Shown in pieces: positions 31,061 to 41,278 of a stretch of DNA of 64,000 nucleotides. This stretch comes from an uncultured Chloroflexia bacterium (GTDB lineage Bacteria; Chloroflexota; UBA6077; JACCZL01): NCBI GenBank assembly GCA_963765765.1, contig CAVXYC010000027.1, positions 64,001-128,000 on the forward strand. Reading direction: 5' to 3'. The notes under the pieces are model-generated. The model had not been told where the DNA came from, searched no databases, and was given only the letters and a program-made list of their open reading frames with translations. Position 1 is the first letter of the stretch, and every line of letters starts with the position of its first letter. A program made the position numbers and the translations under genes.

Positions 31061-31634
31061 GATGACAGGAAACGAATCGCGACAGCCCCCGGGGCGCCGA
31101 GCACGAAGCTACGCCCTCCAGCACTTCCATCGGATTTCATCCCGACGACCTCGGGTGCACGAGCGGCTGACGGAAGGCTGGGGGCGCCCCCTGATGCTCG
31201 TCTGCGCACCGGCCGGATTCGGGAAGACGATCGCTCTCGCCGGCTGGCTCCACGACGCTCGGCGGCCCTGGGTTTGGGTGAGCCTCGACGAGCTCGACAG
31301 TGACCTCGTCAGCTTTACCGGCGTGCTCGTCTCGGCGCTCGGCACTGTCATTCCGGATGCCGGACGCCAGGCGCTCGACCTTGTCGCGCAGACCGAGAGC
31401 CCTGCGCTCAGCCAGCTCAGCGCCCTCCTGGCCAGCGATCTCGCGGCGGTCGGCCATGAGCTGGTCATCGTGCTCGACGACTTCCACCTGATTCAAGAGG
31501 GGGCGATTCATGCGCTGCTATCGCTCCTCGTGCGCCGCCTGCCGCCCACGATCCAGCTGGTGATCGCCAGCCGCGAGGAGCCGCTGCTGCCGGTGGCCCT
31601 GACGCCAAAGCCCAGCCGGTTCACGAAGGGGTAA
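31061..31634 (+). pseudogene. MalT-like STAND ATPase N-terminal fragment
   Basis: LVCAPAGFGKT, WVSLDELDSD, LVIVLDDFHLI, LVIASREEPLLP, then abrupt end. Confidence 0.75.
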
Positions 31635-31636
31635 AG

Positions 31637-31907
31637 ATGGCAGAGTTGCGATTGGGATCCGATCGTGCGCTGCAACGTTTTCGTGCCGCTCTCGCGGCCG
31701 CTGAAGCGGCACCGACCGAAGCGTCCGTCGCTGCGCTCCACGAGGCAGCGCTTCTGCTGAAGAACGAGCTTCGCGCTGCGTACATGGCTGCCGGGCAGTC
31801 CGTACGGCAATGACCGTGCGGGCATGTACCGCTGGATCCGAGAGGTCATGGCGCGACGGGGCCTGGGACCTGATGAGATGCAGAGCGATGGCTCCATGGC
31901 GAACTAG
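31637..31907 (+). CDS. Small hypothetical helical protein (frameshift near 31796)
   Basis: MAELRLGSDRALQRFRAAL...LRAAYMAAG/SPYGNDRAGMYRWIREVMARRG; GGGG RBS. Confidence 0.4.
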
Positions 31908-32194
31908 GGCTTATAGCTCGGAAGGTGCCGTGCCGGCCGGTAGCCACGTCGTCACTCATAAACGATTGCCGTCTAAATGAAGAAGCGACAAGAAACTCGT
32001 TAATGGAAACCAAACGAGCTTCGCACCGGATCTCGCGCGGATTACCGCTAGCCCGGCTTCGCAGACCGCGGCTCGAAGGCCCAGTGCTTTACGTGCTCTT
32101 CGGTTTTACAAGCGCCGCCCGGTAGGGCGCCCAACCGGGGCTGAGCTGGGTGATGTCGGAGTACGCGGTGGTTCCACCGCCGCAGTGACGATGG

Positions 32195-32437
32195 TCAACG
32201 GTGCAATCCGTGCTCAATTGCCCACACTGCAATCTGTACGCGGGTGAAAAGTTCCAACGCCCGGAACACGTGCGTAATCTCGTTGGATACGGCTTCGGGC
32301 GCTAACGCGAGTCGCGCGGCAATCTCGCGGTTCGAGAGGCCTTGAGCCACGAGTGCGGCGATGTCCTCCTGGAGTGGAGTAAGCACTCCTGGTCCATCAT
32401 CGCCGGAATTCGAGGTCGGATCGGGGTCGCTCCCCAT
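32195..32437 (-). CDS. Solo LuxR-type HTH protein
   Basis: LTPLQEDIAALVAQGLSNREIAARL...RVQIAVWAIEHGL; paralogous to the 29160..29373 domain. Confidence 0.75.
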   Translation of the reverse strand: MGSDPDPTSNSGDDGPGVLTPLQEDIAALVAQGLSNREIAARLALAPEAVSNEITHVFRALELFTRVQIAVWAIEHGLHR

Positions 32438-33013
32438 TGCGCCACTCCTCGTCACAGGCCGACTGATTTTGTCATCGGCGGGCCAGAACGGACTTCCATG
32501 CACGATGGCCCGGTGGCAGGCTTGACACCAGCAACGCTGCCGAATCCGAGGATCTCAAAAGCAGGTTTCATGCCTGCGAGAAATTACCGAAATTGGGCTG
32601 CGCAGGGTCGCGCTTGTTTCGGACCGTTGGAGGAGCTGCCCGGGCATGCGTTGCAACCGCTTGCAGTCGCCTGCTCGCCAGTCTGATCCGTCAGGTGCGT
32701 ACGGTCCCACTCGTGGAGATACTCGATATTGGCCAGGACAATCCGCACCATGACCCGGTCTTTCAGGTGCGGGCGGACCCCGTCCGAGCGCTGTGTAGCA
32801 CGGTGGGCTGGAACGAATCTGTCAACTCGTTGCCAGTTCTCTTGTCGAGTTCATCCGTTCTGGATCCTTTGCGAACCGATACCAGTCGAAACGGGATTGC
32901 ATGGAAGCGAGCAGATTCGCTGCCGTCCCGAGCTTGCGGATCTGGGAACGAATACCGACAGGACCGGTAATTTCCATTTGGAGCGAAGGGTGCTGCTCGC
33001 GACCGCCATCACA

Positions 33014-33700
33014 TCACGGACGGTCCAGACAGCGAACGAAATCCCCGTCGACCGGACTTCGCATCCGCTCCGTTGAGCGTGGCTTGGTCTTTACCAACGC
33101 CCGCTGTACCGCGGCGCTGAATTCCGCTTCACTTGCCGAGCCTGCCTCCAGTCCGCGCTGCTCCAGCTCGTCGGCCGTCGCACGTACCGCCGAGACCGGT
33201 GGGGCGGTGAGCTGAGTAATGGCGACGTTCCGCCGCCATACGGTCGGGCCATGTCCCAGAAACAGTGGCGGACCAACATTGGTGTCCACCGGGACCACTG
33301 GTGGTCCGCTGGCTACCCCATGCTCAGATGCAAACCGCTCTGCTTGATCGGTGACCCGCGTCAGCCGAGCCCCTTCCTGAAATGTGTGCTCGGCCTCCGC
33401 TATCGTTGGGAACACGAGGGTCGTCAGCGATCGACCATCGTCGCGCGCTGTTTCGCCGGCGTCACGCACCACGAAGAGCGTCACCGTATCGGGCCGCTCG
33501 ATCGGCGTGAAGCGAGGGAGCAAGGTCGCGGGATAGTTGCTCACCTGCCCCGACGGGATGACTTCGTATCCACACGCTTTGAACTGTTGTTCAGCAGCAT
33601 CAGGGCTAAGACTCCCCCCTCCCTGAGACGCTTCGGCGAACCGAGTTGTAGAGATTGTTGCCACGAGCGTGGCTGTTACGGCGAGTCGGTGAGCGTTCAT
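33014..33700 (-). CDS. Hypothetical secreted protein
   Basis: Signal-peptide-like MNAHRLAVTATLVATISTTRFAEA; two Cys; no family recognised. Confidence 0.55.
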   Translation of the reverse strand: MNAHRLAVTATLVATISTTRFAEASQGGGSLSPDAAEQQFKACGYEVIPSGQVSNYPATLLPRFTPIERPDTVTLFVVRDAGETARDDGRSLTTLVFPTIAEAEHTFQEGARLTRVTDQAERFASEHGVASGPPVVPVDTNVGPPLFLGHGPTVWRRNVAITQLTAPPVSAVRATADELEQRGLEAGSASEAEFSAAVQRALVKTKPRSTERMRSPVDGDFVRCLDRP

Positions 33701-33899
33701 GGCTGACGTCCTCGGGCTGAATTTGGATGGATGCCGCTCGTCCTCCTTCCCCGAAAGGCCTGCAGAATTCATTCCGTGGTGGCGCGTCAGTGGAGGATTT
33801 CCCTCGATTTGCCATTCTCCAGGGGGAGTGGCTCCCTGGTCTCGGCTGACGACGCCATTCGGTTAATTTCCGGAGCCCCGTGCGCCGCGGAGGAAGCTC

Positions 33900-34201
33900 T
33901 CCGGAAGGCCGGGCGAGAATTGGAAGGCGTATCAGGGCTCTGCGCGCTTCCGTGGCCGAATTGGAAGCCCGAGCGCTGCCGGGCCTGACAGATGCCGACG
34001 TAGACGCTATCGAGCGATTCGCTGCCGGCGTTCGGGAACGCATGGACGTCGCTGAGCCGGATGACCGGGCATCGAATTTACGAACTGCTCCACTTGCGCG
34101 GCACGGTCCACCATGATCCCGACGGCGGCTTGCAGTTCGGGAAGAAGCGATTCAGTATTGAATGGACGGCGCTAGTCTCACTACGCATCCAAGAGCGATA
34201 G
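33900..34201 (+). mobile_element. C-terminal remnant of a probable large serine recombinase
   Basis: RIRALRASVAELEA...DAIERFAAGVRERMDVAEPDDR/RIYELLHLRGTV coiled-coil tail resembling serine integrases; no catalytic part. Confidence 0.5.
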
Positions 34202-34269
34202 ATTGCAGCGCCTCTCCATCGCCATGGAAGCCCTGTCAGACTGAACAAAGCTAGACGAGGAGTCCCACA

Positions 34270-34959
34270 ATGTCGCTGTTCTGGACGAAGAACGCAGTCA
34301 AGGAAGTCGTGCGGCGGCATTGGTCGGGCCGGGCCGAGACGTTTGACCAAGGAATCACTCACGCCCCACAGTCAGCCGAGCAGCTCGAGGCATGGCAGGC
34401 GCGTATGAAAACCTGGGCTGGCGATGCGCCCATTGATGTGCTGGATATGGGCTGCGGAACAGGCTTTCTGGCTCTGGAGCTTGCCGCGCTCAGCCACCAC
34501 GTCACGGGGGCTGATTTCTCTGAGCAGATGATCGAGCGGGCTCGAGCGAAGGCGGCTGAGCGGGCGCTCGATGTGCGATTCGACGTCGCCGACGCGGAGA
34601 ATTTGCCCTATCCTGACGCCTCATTCGATCTCCTTATCGAGCGTCACGTTGTCTGGACGTTACCGGACCCGACCGGAGGACTCATCGAGTGGCATCGCGT
34701 GCTCCGACCAGGCGGGCGGCTCATCCTCATCGAAGGACAGTGGTCCAGTCCTGATGCGCCGAGCTCCCCGATGCATGCGGACTATCAGGAGATCCGCGAG
34801 ACGCTCCCGTTCTATGGCGGCGCCGCGGCAGCCGACTTGAGCCTCGCCGTGAAGATCGCGAAGTTCTCTTCGACCGCCGTCGAGCCACTCATGGATGCGG
34901 TGCTGTGGGGTGGACCAGTGGATCGCGAACGGTACGCACTCCACGCAACCAGGGGCTGA
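34270..34959 (+). CDS. Class I SAM-dependent methyltransferase
   Basis: VLDMGCGTG, GADFSEQM, DAENLPYPDASFD, WHRVLRPGG. Confidence 0.92.
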   Translation: MSLFWTKNAVKEVVRRHWSGRAETFDQGITHAPQSAEQLEAWQARMKTWAGDAPIDVLDMGCGTGFLALELAALSHHVTGADFSEQMIERARAKAAERALDVRFDVADAENLPYPDASFDLLIERHVVWTLPDPTGGLIEWHRVLRPGGRLILIEGQWSSPDAPSSPMHADYQEIRETLPFYGGAAAADLSLAVKIAKFSSTAVEPLMDAVLWGGPVDRERYALHATRG

Positions 34960-34967
34960 GCCGCCAC

Positions 34968-36077
34968 TTAGTCGCGTTCTCCTGATCCTCTCCAGAGCAT
35001 TTCAAGCTGAAATGGCTGCCCTACCTCTGCAAAGCGACTGACGCGAAGGCCCAGCAGGCGAAGGGCACGATCCCGATCCCAGGCGCGCCGCATCAGGGAC
35101 GCCGCGGCGTTGGCAATAACATCCGCGTTCGCCGAAGGCGACGGGAGTCGAGTCTGGCGAACAGCATCTTCCCAATCCGCGTAGCGCAGTTTCACGGCCA
35201 CTTCCGTCGCGACCAGACCTCGCCGTTCGAGTCGTTCGGCAAGGCTTGCGGACTGATGCTGCATCGTTCGCCAGAGCTCCGCCCGATCTGATACGTCCCC
35301 AGGGAAGGTCCGCTCGGTAGAGAAGCTTTTCGGCGCTCGCACTGGCGCCAACTGCGATTCATCGAGTCCCCGGCTGTGGTCCGCGAGAATCCTGCCGTGG
35401 CGTGGGCCAAAGGAATCCTGCAGCCGATCAATGGACGCAGCCGCGATTGCGCCAACGGTCTCCAGGCCAAGGGACCGTAAGCGGTTTGCCGTTTTTGGGC
35501 CAACGCCCCAGAGTGACTCAACGGGCAGCGGCTCCAGAAAGGCCTGGACGCCATCCGGAGTCACAACGAGCACGCGGTCGGACGTGGCCTTCGCGGCTTC
35601 CGTGGCCATCTTGGCTAACAGCTTGGTGGGAGCCACGCCCACGGACACGGAGAGGCCAGTGGCGTCGCGTACGTGCGCTCGAAGACTCATAGCGGATATT
35701 GAATCGAAACCGTAAGCCTGCCAGTTCAACCATGCCTCGTCGACGGAAAGCTGCTCGAGACTATCTGTCTCTGATCTCAGCGCGGCCATCAATCGTCGTG
35801 AGTATTCACGGTAGATCTCCATGCGTGGGGGCACGAACATCGCATTTGGAGCGCGGTTGAGGGCGACCCGGCATGAGAGCCCGCTATCGATGCCGAGCGC
35901 GCGGGCGGCATCGTTCGCCGTGGTGACAACCGCCCGTGGAGACTGGCGCGGATCATGCCCGATGATTACGGGACGATCGAGACGCGCCAGCTCAGGGCGC
36001 TCGACTGCCTCCACCGCGAAGTAGAACCTGTCCGCATCGGCATGCAAAATACAACGTTGCTCTGGACCACTTGACAC
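34968..36077 (-). CDS. dinB: DNA polymerase IV (Y family)
   Basis: ILHADADRFYFAVE, LSVDEAW, SVGVAPTKLLAKMA, LWGVGPKT, VKLRYADW, LRLLGL. Confidence 0.92.
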   Translation of the reverse strand: MSSGPEQRCILHADADRFYFAVEAVERPELARLDRPVIIGHDPRQSPRAVVTTANDAARALGIDSGLSCRVALNRAPNAMFVPPRMEIYREYSRRLMAALRSETDSLEQLSVDEAWLNWQAYGFDSISAMSLRAHVRDATGLSVSVGVAPTKLLAKMATEAAKATSDRVLVVTPDGVQAFLEPLPVESLWGVGPKTANRLRSLGLETVGAIAAASIDRLQDSFGPRHGRILADHSRGLDESQLAPVRAPKSFSTERTFPGDVSDRAELWRTMQHQSASLAERLERRGLVATEVAVKLRYADWEDAVRQTRLPSPSANADVIANAAASLMRRAWDRDRALRLLGLRVSRFAEVGQPFQLEMLWRGSGERD

Positions 36078-36204
36078 GCGCGAAGTGTAGCGCCCTCAGG
36101 CGCGGAACGGCGGCGTCCGGTCGATTTCCAGACTCACGAGAATCACAACAAGTGGGTCGGTAAGAAGATTTCAGAAACACAACTGGTCAATCAGTGATCC
36201 TCTT

Positions 36205-36771
36205 GTGGGATGGCGAGTTTCTAACGACTTCGCCTATGCTCGCGATGTGACCCATGTACTGTTACGCACCGCGCTATTGGTTGCGGTCCCTGAAGCTGAG
36301 CCCGTGGTCGGTCGGTGGCGCTCACTCTTCGATCCGAGTGCCTTGCACGGTGTCCCACCGCACGTGACTCTGATTTTCCCGTACCTCTCGTCCGATCGAT
36401 GCGATGCAAGAGCGTTGGCGGAGCTCCGCGACATTTTTCGCCGGACGGCTCCGTTTGACTTCCAGCTCACCGGGGTGGGCGAGTTTCCTGGAATCCTTTA
36501 CCTCACACCGGCTCCGCATGAGCCGTTCAGAGATTTGATTCAGACGTTAGTTGATCAATTCCCTGATGCCCCGCCCTACGGCGGGATGCATCCGACCATC
36601 ATTCCGCACCTGACGGTCGCCCACTCAAGCGACGATGCCACACGAGCTCTAATGATTGAGTCCGTGAGCGCGTCGCTGCCCATTCAATGTCTCGCGCATG
36701 AAGTCCAGCTCATGCGCGAGAACATCAATGGTGAGTGGCAGCTCAATGAGCGCTTTCCACTGGGCGGCTAG
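36205..36771 (+). CDS. 2H phosphoesterase (2'-5' RNA ligase family)
   Basis: Two HxT motifs: PPHVTL and PHLTV. Confidence 0.85.
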   Translation: MGWRVSNDFAYARDVTHVLLRTALLVAVPEAEPVVGRWRSLFDPSALHGVPPHVTLIFPYLSSDRCDARALAELRDIFRRTAPFDFQLTGVGEFPGILYLTPAPHEPFRDLIQTLVDQFPDAPPYGGMHPTIIPHLTVAHSSDDATRALMIESVSASLPIQCLAHEVQLMRENINGEWQLNERFPLGG

Positions 36772-36824
36772 CGTATCGGCAGCTCGAGATACGGCCTGCC
36801 GCGATACTCGAGCTGCCGATACGC
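36771..36824. terminator. Bidirectional hairpin between convergent genes
   Basis: GCGTATCGGCAGCTCGAG ... CTCGAGCTGCCGATACGC 18-bp perfect inverted repeat. Confidence 0.7.
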
Positions 36825-36834
36825 TTGCCTGTGC

Positions 36835-37875
36835 CTACTCCAGGTAGCCTACCAGTGAATCCACATCAGGCTCCTGGCGCAAACGGAAGATTGCCTGCCG
36901 CTCGAGCTGGCGAACCCGCTCACGAGTGAGCCCCAGACTGCGACCGATGTGCGCCAACGTGTGCTCGTGGCCATCAGCCAGCCCGTATCGCAGCTCCAGG
37001 ATACGCCGCTCGCGGAGAGGTAGTCGATCTAGTAGATGCACCACGTCATCCCGCATGAGATCCTCGATGGCTTCGTCGACGGGCCCCGGATCGCCATCTT
37101 CCAGAGAGGCGCCCAACTCCTCACCGTCGTCTTCATGGCGGACCATTTCGAGACGCGCGGGCTCGCGATCGGATGCGCGTAATGCGCGCAGCGAGTCAAC
37201 AGAAATGTTGAGCTCCTTGGCGAGCTCCGCTTCAAGCGGCTCTCGCCCGAGCCGACGGTTCATGTCCTCTTCCAGCCAGGCGAGCCGCTGCTTCGCCACG
37301 TGGAGGTGGACTGGCAAGCGAATAATTCTGGAATGATCCGCTAGAGCCCTACCCACCGCCTGCATGATCCACCAACAGGCGTAAGTTGAGAACTTGAAAC
37401 CGCGGCGCTCGTCAAAGCGCTCCACGGCGCGCATGAGTCCGAAGTTGCCTTCACTCACCAGGTCCTCGAGCGAGAGTCCACGCCCCTGGTACCGCGAGGC
37501 AATTCGAACGACAAGTCGCAGGTTCGATTCGATCAAACGCTGCCGAGCCGCTTCCCCACGCGCAATGACACCCTCGAGCTCCTCGATCTTCTCGAGAGTC
37601 AGACCGGGGCCATCAAGCTGTTCCGTGGCCTGAACGCCAGCACGAATCGCCTCGGCAAGCTCCACTTCGTCGGCCTGCGTGAGAAGATTGACCTTCCCAA
37701 CTTCACGCAGATAGCTTCCGAGGCTATCCCGCATCGTGCCACGCGCTGGTGACACGGCGCCTCTTGCGCCGTCATCAGTCCAACGGCCTAATGGTCGAGC
37801 AGCCGGTTCAGACGACTCTCCGGCCAGTGAGCGCGTAACAATCTGTCGCTGTCGGGTTCGCGGATTTACAACCAT
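36835..37875 (-). CDS. Sigma-70 factor, RpoD/SigB-like (no region 1.1; start uncertain)
   Basis: YLREVGKVNLLT, SNLRLVV, GLMRAVERFD..RGFKFSTYACWWI, RIIRLPVH, GLTRERVRQLE. Confidence 0.92.
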   Translation of the reverse strand: MVVNPRTRQRQIVTRSLAGESSEPAARPLGRWTDDGARGAVSPARGTMRDSLGSYLREVGKVNLLTQADEVELAEAIRAGVQATEQLDGPGLTLEKIEELEGVIARGEAARQRLIESNLRLVVRIASRYQGRGLSLEDLVSEGNFGLMRAVERFDERRGFKFSTYACWWIMQAVGRALADHSRIIRLPVHLHVAKQRLAWLEEDMNRRLGREPLEAELAKELNISVDSLRALRASDREPARLEMVRHEDDGEELGASLEDGDPGPVDEAIEDLMRDDVVHLLDRLPLRERRILELRYGLADGHEHTLAHIGRSLGLTRERVRQLERQAIFRLRQEPDVDSLVGYLE

Positions 37876-37960
37876 GATTCCGTGTGACCGCCGGCTTTTG
37901 TATCGGGCGCGGTGCCTTGCGTTCGCAAGATTGTGACCGTTGAGCCAGTGAAGTCGGTAG

Positions 37961-38029
37961 AGGGGAAAACCCTGAATTCCGAACTGCCGCGTCAGGAAAA
38001 ACCTGACAGGGTTGTAGGGCACACCTGGC
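37961..38029. promoter_or_regulatory. Three palindromic operator-like boxes upstream of the sigma gene
   Basis: AGGGGAAAACCCTGA, GTCAGGAAAAACCTGAC, GTAGGGCACACCTGGC. Confidence 0.5.
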
Positions 38030-38237
38030 CCGATCCTGCTGGTGAGCGCCCAATGCTCGTAGCAAGTGCATCAGCGCTATTTCGGCGATCAACACTAGCG
38101 GAGCGAGGCGGCGGGAATATGCGACAAGAGCCCACTACGAACGGATGAGCCTTGAGCTCTCGTAGCGCGCGTCGCTTCGCTGCTGGCTCACCGCGAAAAG
38201 CGCTTCACTGAAGCGCTCACTACATGCCCTGTGCAGC

Positions 38238-38900
38238 CTAGATGAGGCCTTGTTCCATCGCGTAGCGCACTAGAGCAGCGCGACCGCGGACGCCGAGCTT
38301 CTCCATCACTCGTGCCTTGTACGTCTCCACGGTCTTGACGCTCAGAGCCAGTTGATCGGCGATCTGCTGATTGGTGTGTCCGAGCGCAACGAGCTGCAAG
38401 ACCTCACGCTCGCGATCACTCAAGGCTGGCACCTTCACCGAAACCGCGTTGTCGTCCCCTCGCCTGAAGAGATTATTCACCACCAGACGCGTCAGCATGG
38501 GCTCGAGATAGACCTCTCCACGCGACACCGCTCGAATTGCGGAAAGCAGCTCGACGTCGGCGGCTCTCTTCAGTACGTATCCTGATGCGCCGGCTTCGAG
38601 AGCTCGGCGAAGATAGCTCTCGTCATCGTACTGACTCAAAATGAGCGCCCGTGTAGACGAGCCGTCTCGCTTGATGAGCCGAAGAGCGTCCAGGCCGCTG
38701 GTGCCAGGCATGGCGAGATCGAGCAGCACGACATCCGGCTGGAGCTCGCCAACGAGACGCACCGCCTCGGCACCGTCCGAAGCCTCGCCAACGACGTCCA
38801 TGTCCTGCTGCGCTCCGAGGAGCATGCGCAGGCCAGACCGTAAAATGGCGTGGTCATCCACGATGAGCACGCGAATCACGCGAGGAGGGCTGATACTCAT
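38238..38900 (-). CDS. NarL/NreC-family response regulator
   Basis: VLIVDDHAILRSGL, DVVLLDLAMP, GYVLK, LSDREREVL...SVKTVETYKARVMEKL. Confidence 0.95.
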   Translation of the reverse strand: MSISPPRVIRVLIVDDHAILRSGLRMLLGAQQDMDVVGEASDGAEAVRLVGELQPDVVLLDLAMPGTSGLDALRLIKRDGSSTRALILSQYDDESYLRRALEAGASGYVLKRAADVELLSAIRAVSRGEVYLEPMLTRLVVNNLFRRGDDNAVSVKVPALSDREREVLQLVALGHTNQQIADQLALSVKTVETYKARVMEKLGVRGRAALVRYAMEQGLI

Positions 38901-40558
38901 TAGACGGCCTTGGCGCGGGATTCGATCGGCGTCTCGACAAACACCGAGGCACCGCTGCCGGGCGTGGACTCGATGGTCAGCTTTGCCCCTACCAATGTCG
39001 CTCGCTCGTGCATCCCGTATAGACCTAGGGAGCGATCGCGCATGGAGGAATCGAGCATCTGATCCACGTTGAAGCCTTTACCGTTGTCCTCCACGATCGC
39101 GATGATGGAGTCGGCGCGGCGCTCCAGCACGACGCTGGCCTCTGTCGCCTCGGAATGCCGGACGACATTGGTGAGTGCCTCCTGGATGATGCGGTACATG
39201 GCCGTCTCACGCTCCGGAGCCAACCGCGTATCCTCCATCCCGGCAACGTGAAAGTCAACGTCCAGGCCGCGCTGGGAGAGCGAGCGACAATAGCGTCCGA
39301 CCGCGGCTACCAGGCCGAGATCGTCAAGGACGCTCGGTCGCAGCTCAAATGCGAGCGTGTGGACGGCGCGAATCGTACTGGCGGCCAGCTCGCGCAGCTC
39401 GGCGGCATGCGCCCGCATGCGATCCTGATCGGGCGTTCCCTCGAGCAGCTTCAGGCCAACGGCGAGCGATGTGAGCATTTGACTGGTCTCATCGTGAAGC
39501 TCGCGGGCGATGCGCTTGCGCTCCTCTTCCTGTGCGCTGATGACCTTTTGCAGAAGCCCCGCGCGAACTTGCTCCTTCTCCTGGAGCTGCTCCCAGAGCT
39601 GCGCCTTCTCAATGGCCATCCCGATTTGATTACCCACAGCCTGGAGCAGCCGCTGATCTTCCGCCGAGGGCGCGTTCTCTCTCTGCCCTGCCAGGGCCAT
39701 GACGCCCAGAGTCCGCTCACTCGCCACGAGCGGAACTGTCAGCAGAACTCGGAGAGCAATCTCCCGCATCCCGAATTGGCCGGATTTGAGCGTTTCCGAG
39801 GCGCGCTCACCCAGCTCCCAGGCCTCGGTATCCTCCACTGACGTTGACAGCGGCGAGCGACGCGCGGTTGCGCTCACCAATCGATCAACACCATCGCCGA
39901 TGTAAACCCGTCCATGATCCAGGTTCATCACCGAAAGCACGGCACGCAACGCTTCATCCAGGGCGTCGCGCAGGTACGGGGATCGATTCACGATCAGAGC
40001 AATGGCGTTGAGCGTTGAGAGCTCCTGGTTACGGCGGACGACCTCCGCGTGTGAGCGCTGAAGCTCGACCTGAGACCGCTGAAGCGACTCGATCATGCCG
40101 TTGAACGCTCCAGAGAGGCGGCCAATCTCATCGCGAGTACGAATCCGTGCGCGCAAAGACAGGTTGCCTCGCCCTGCTGCGTCTACAACGTCAACCAGCT
40201 CTTTGATTGGCTGTGTCAGGAGATAAGTGAGCACCGTGGCCGCCGCTATTCCGATCAGCCCAGTGCCAATCGTTGCGACCACTACGCCTCGCGATACGAG
40301 CTCTGTCACTTGTGCCGCTTGAGCTTCAGGAAGCGTTTCCAGCTCGGATACCAGGGACGAGCGCATGCTCATGAGCATGCTCAATCCGAGGAGCAACACG
40401 ATTGCCAGCACCATGCCCATAATCTTGAGCCGGACGGGGACCGCTCCGGCCACGCCGAGAAAGATCTCGAGCGGCTCAGGAAGTGAGACGTTAGCCGACG
40501 TAGCGGGCTTGGTCGCGAGCTCTTCTGATGCCCCCTCGCGCAGGACCTGCACGCCCAT
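38900..40558 (-). CDS. Membrane sensor histidine kinase (HAMP-GAF-HisKA_3-HATPase)
   Basis: 2 TM, DEIGRLSGAFN, GAF, EEERKRIARELHDETSQ, IQEALTNV, DNGKGF; TAATG coupling to the regulator. Confidence 0.93.
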   Translation of the reverse strand: MGVQVLREGASEELATKPATSANVSLPEPLEIFLGVAGAVPVRLKIMGMVLAIVLLLGLSMLMSMRSSLVSELETLPEAQAAQVTELVSRGVVVATIGTGLIGIAAATVLTYLLTQPIKELVDVVDAAGRGNLSLRARIRTRDEIGRLSGAFNGMIESLQRSQVELQRSHAEVVRRNQELSTLNAIALIVNRSPYLRDALDEALRAVLSVMNLDHGRVYIGDGVDRLVSATARRSPLSTSVEDTEAWELGERASETLKSGQFGMREIALRVLLTVPLVASERTLGVMALAGQRENAPSAEDQRLLQAVGNQIGMAIEKAQLWEQLQEKEQVRAGLLQKVISAQEEERKRIARELHDETSQMLTSLAVGLKLLEGTPDQDRMRAHAAELRELAASTIRAVHTLAFELRPSVLDDLGLVAAVGRYCRSLSQRGLDVDFHVAGMEDTRLAPERETAMYRIIQEALTNVVRHSEATEASVVLERRADSIIAIVEDNGKGFNVDQMLDSSMRDRSLGLYGMHERATLVGAKLTIESTPGSGASVFVETPIESRAKAV

Positions 40559-40677
40559 ATGGATCAAAAAAGTGTACCACGCAAGTGCGAGGGACCGTGT
40601 TTTCACGCCGTCGTAATCGCGGTGGGTGTGGATCTGCACACGCGCAGCCGAAAGGATTTGGTGCACTGGGGGACGAG

Positions 40678-41190
40678 ATGATTGACTCGGGCCTGTTGGT
40701 GCTACGGCTTGGGCTGGGCGGCTCGTTGATGGCTCACGGAGGTCAGAAGCTCTTTGGCTGGTTCAATGGGCCGGGACCAGAAGGAGCTGGACACTGGCTC
40801 GAATCGCTCGGACTTAGACCAGGGCGCCCCTGGGCCATCCTGGCTGGCTTATCGGAATTCGCCGGCGGTGGAATGACTGCGCTGGGACTCTTACATCCGC
40901 TGGGGTCACTGGCAATCCTCCGCTCAATGATCATGTCTTCAGTAAGGGCGCACGCTGGCCGACCGATATGGGTGACGGAGGGTGGCGCTGAGCTTCCCTT
41001 GACGAATTCGATCATAGCCGCCTCACTGCTCCTTACGGGCCCTGGCCGGTTATCAGTCGATCGCGCCCTGGGGCTTCGGATGTCACCAATTTCGGAGGGG
41101 CTATTAGTTCTCCTCGGGGCCGGCGCTCTGGTCTTCGGTTTCCAGCCGTCCACGGCACTCACGACTACCAACGCTAGTAAGTCCCATTGA
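40678..41190 (+). CDS. DoxX family membrane protein
   Basis: LRLGLGGSLMAHGGQKLFGWFNGPG, SEFAGG, GGAELPL, TGPGRLSVD. Confidence 0.9.
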   Translation: MIDSGLLVLRLGLGGSLMAHGGQKLFGWFNGPGPEGAGHWLESLGLRPGRPWAILAGLSEFAGGGMTALGLLHPLGSLAILRSMIMSSVRAHAGRPIWVTEGGAELPLTNSIIAASLLLTGPGRLSVDRALGLRMSPISEGLLVLLGAGALVFGFQPSTALTTTNASKSH

Positions 41191-41278
41191 TAGCTCAGTC
41201 GACGTGAAACGGCTCTGATCTGTAGTACGCGCCAGCCGTACAATCTCCGCAGCGGCCCGCTGATGGAGGTCCTTACAC

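Noticed and set aside
29727-31634. 635-aa ORF as a single multidomain protein
   Set aside because: It is a read-through of several frameshifted fragments; internal strong RBS/ATG starts lie in other frames
36078-36204. LexA box upstream of dinB
   Set aside because: No GAAC-N4-GTTC match seen
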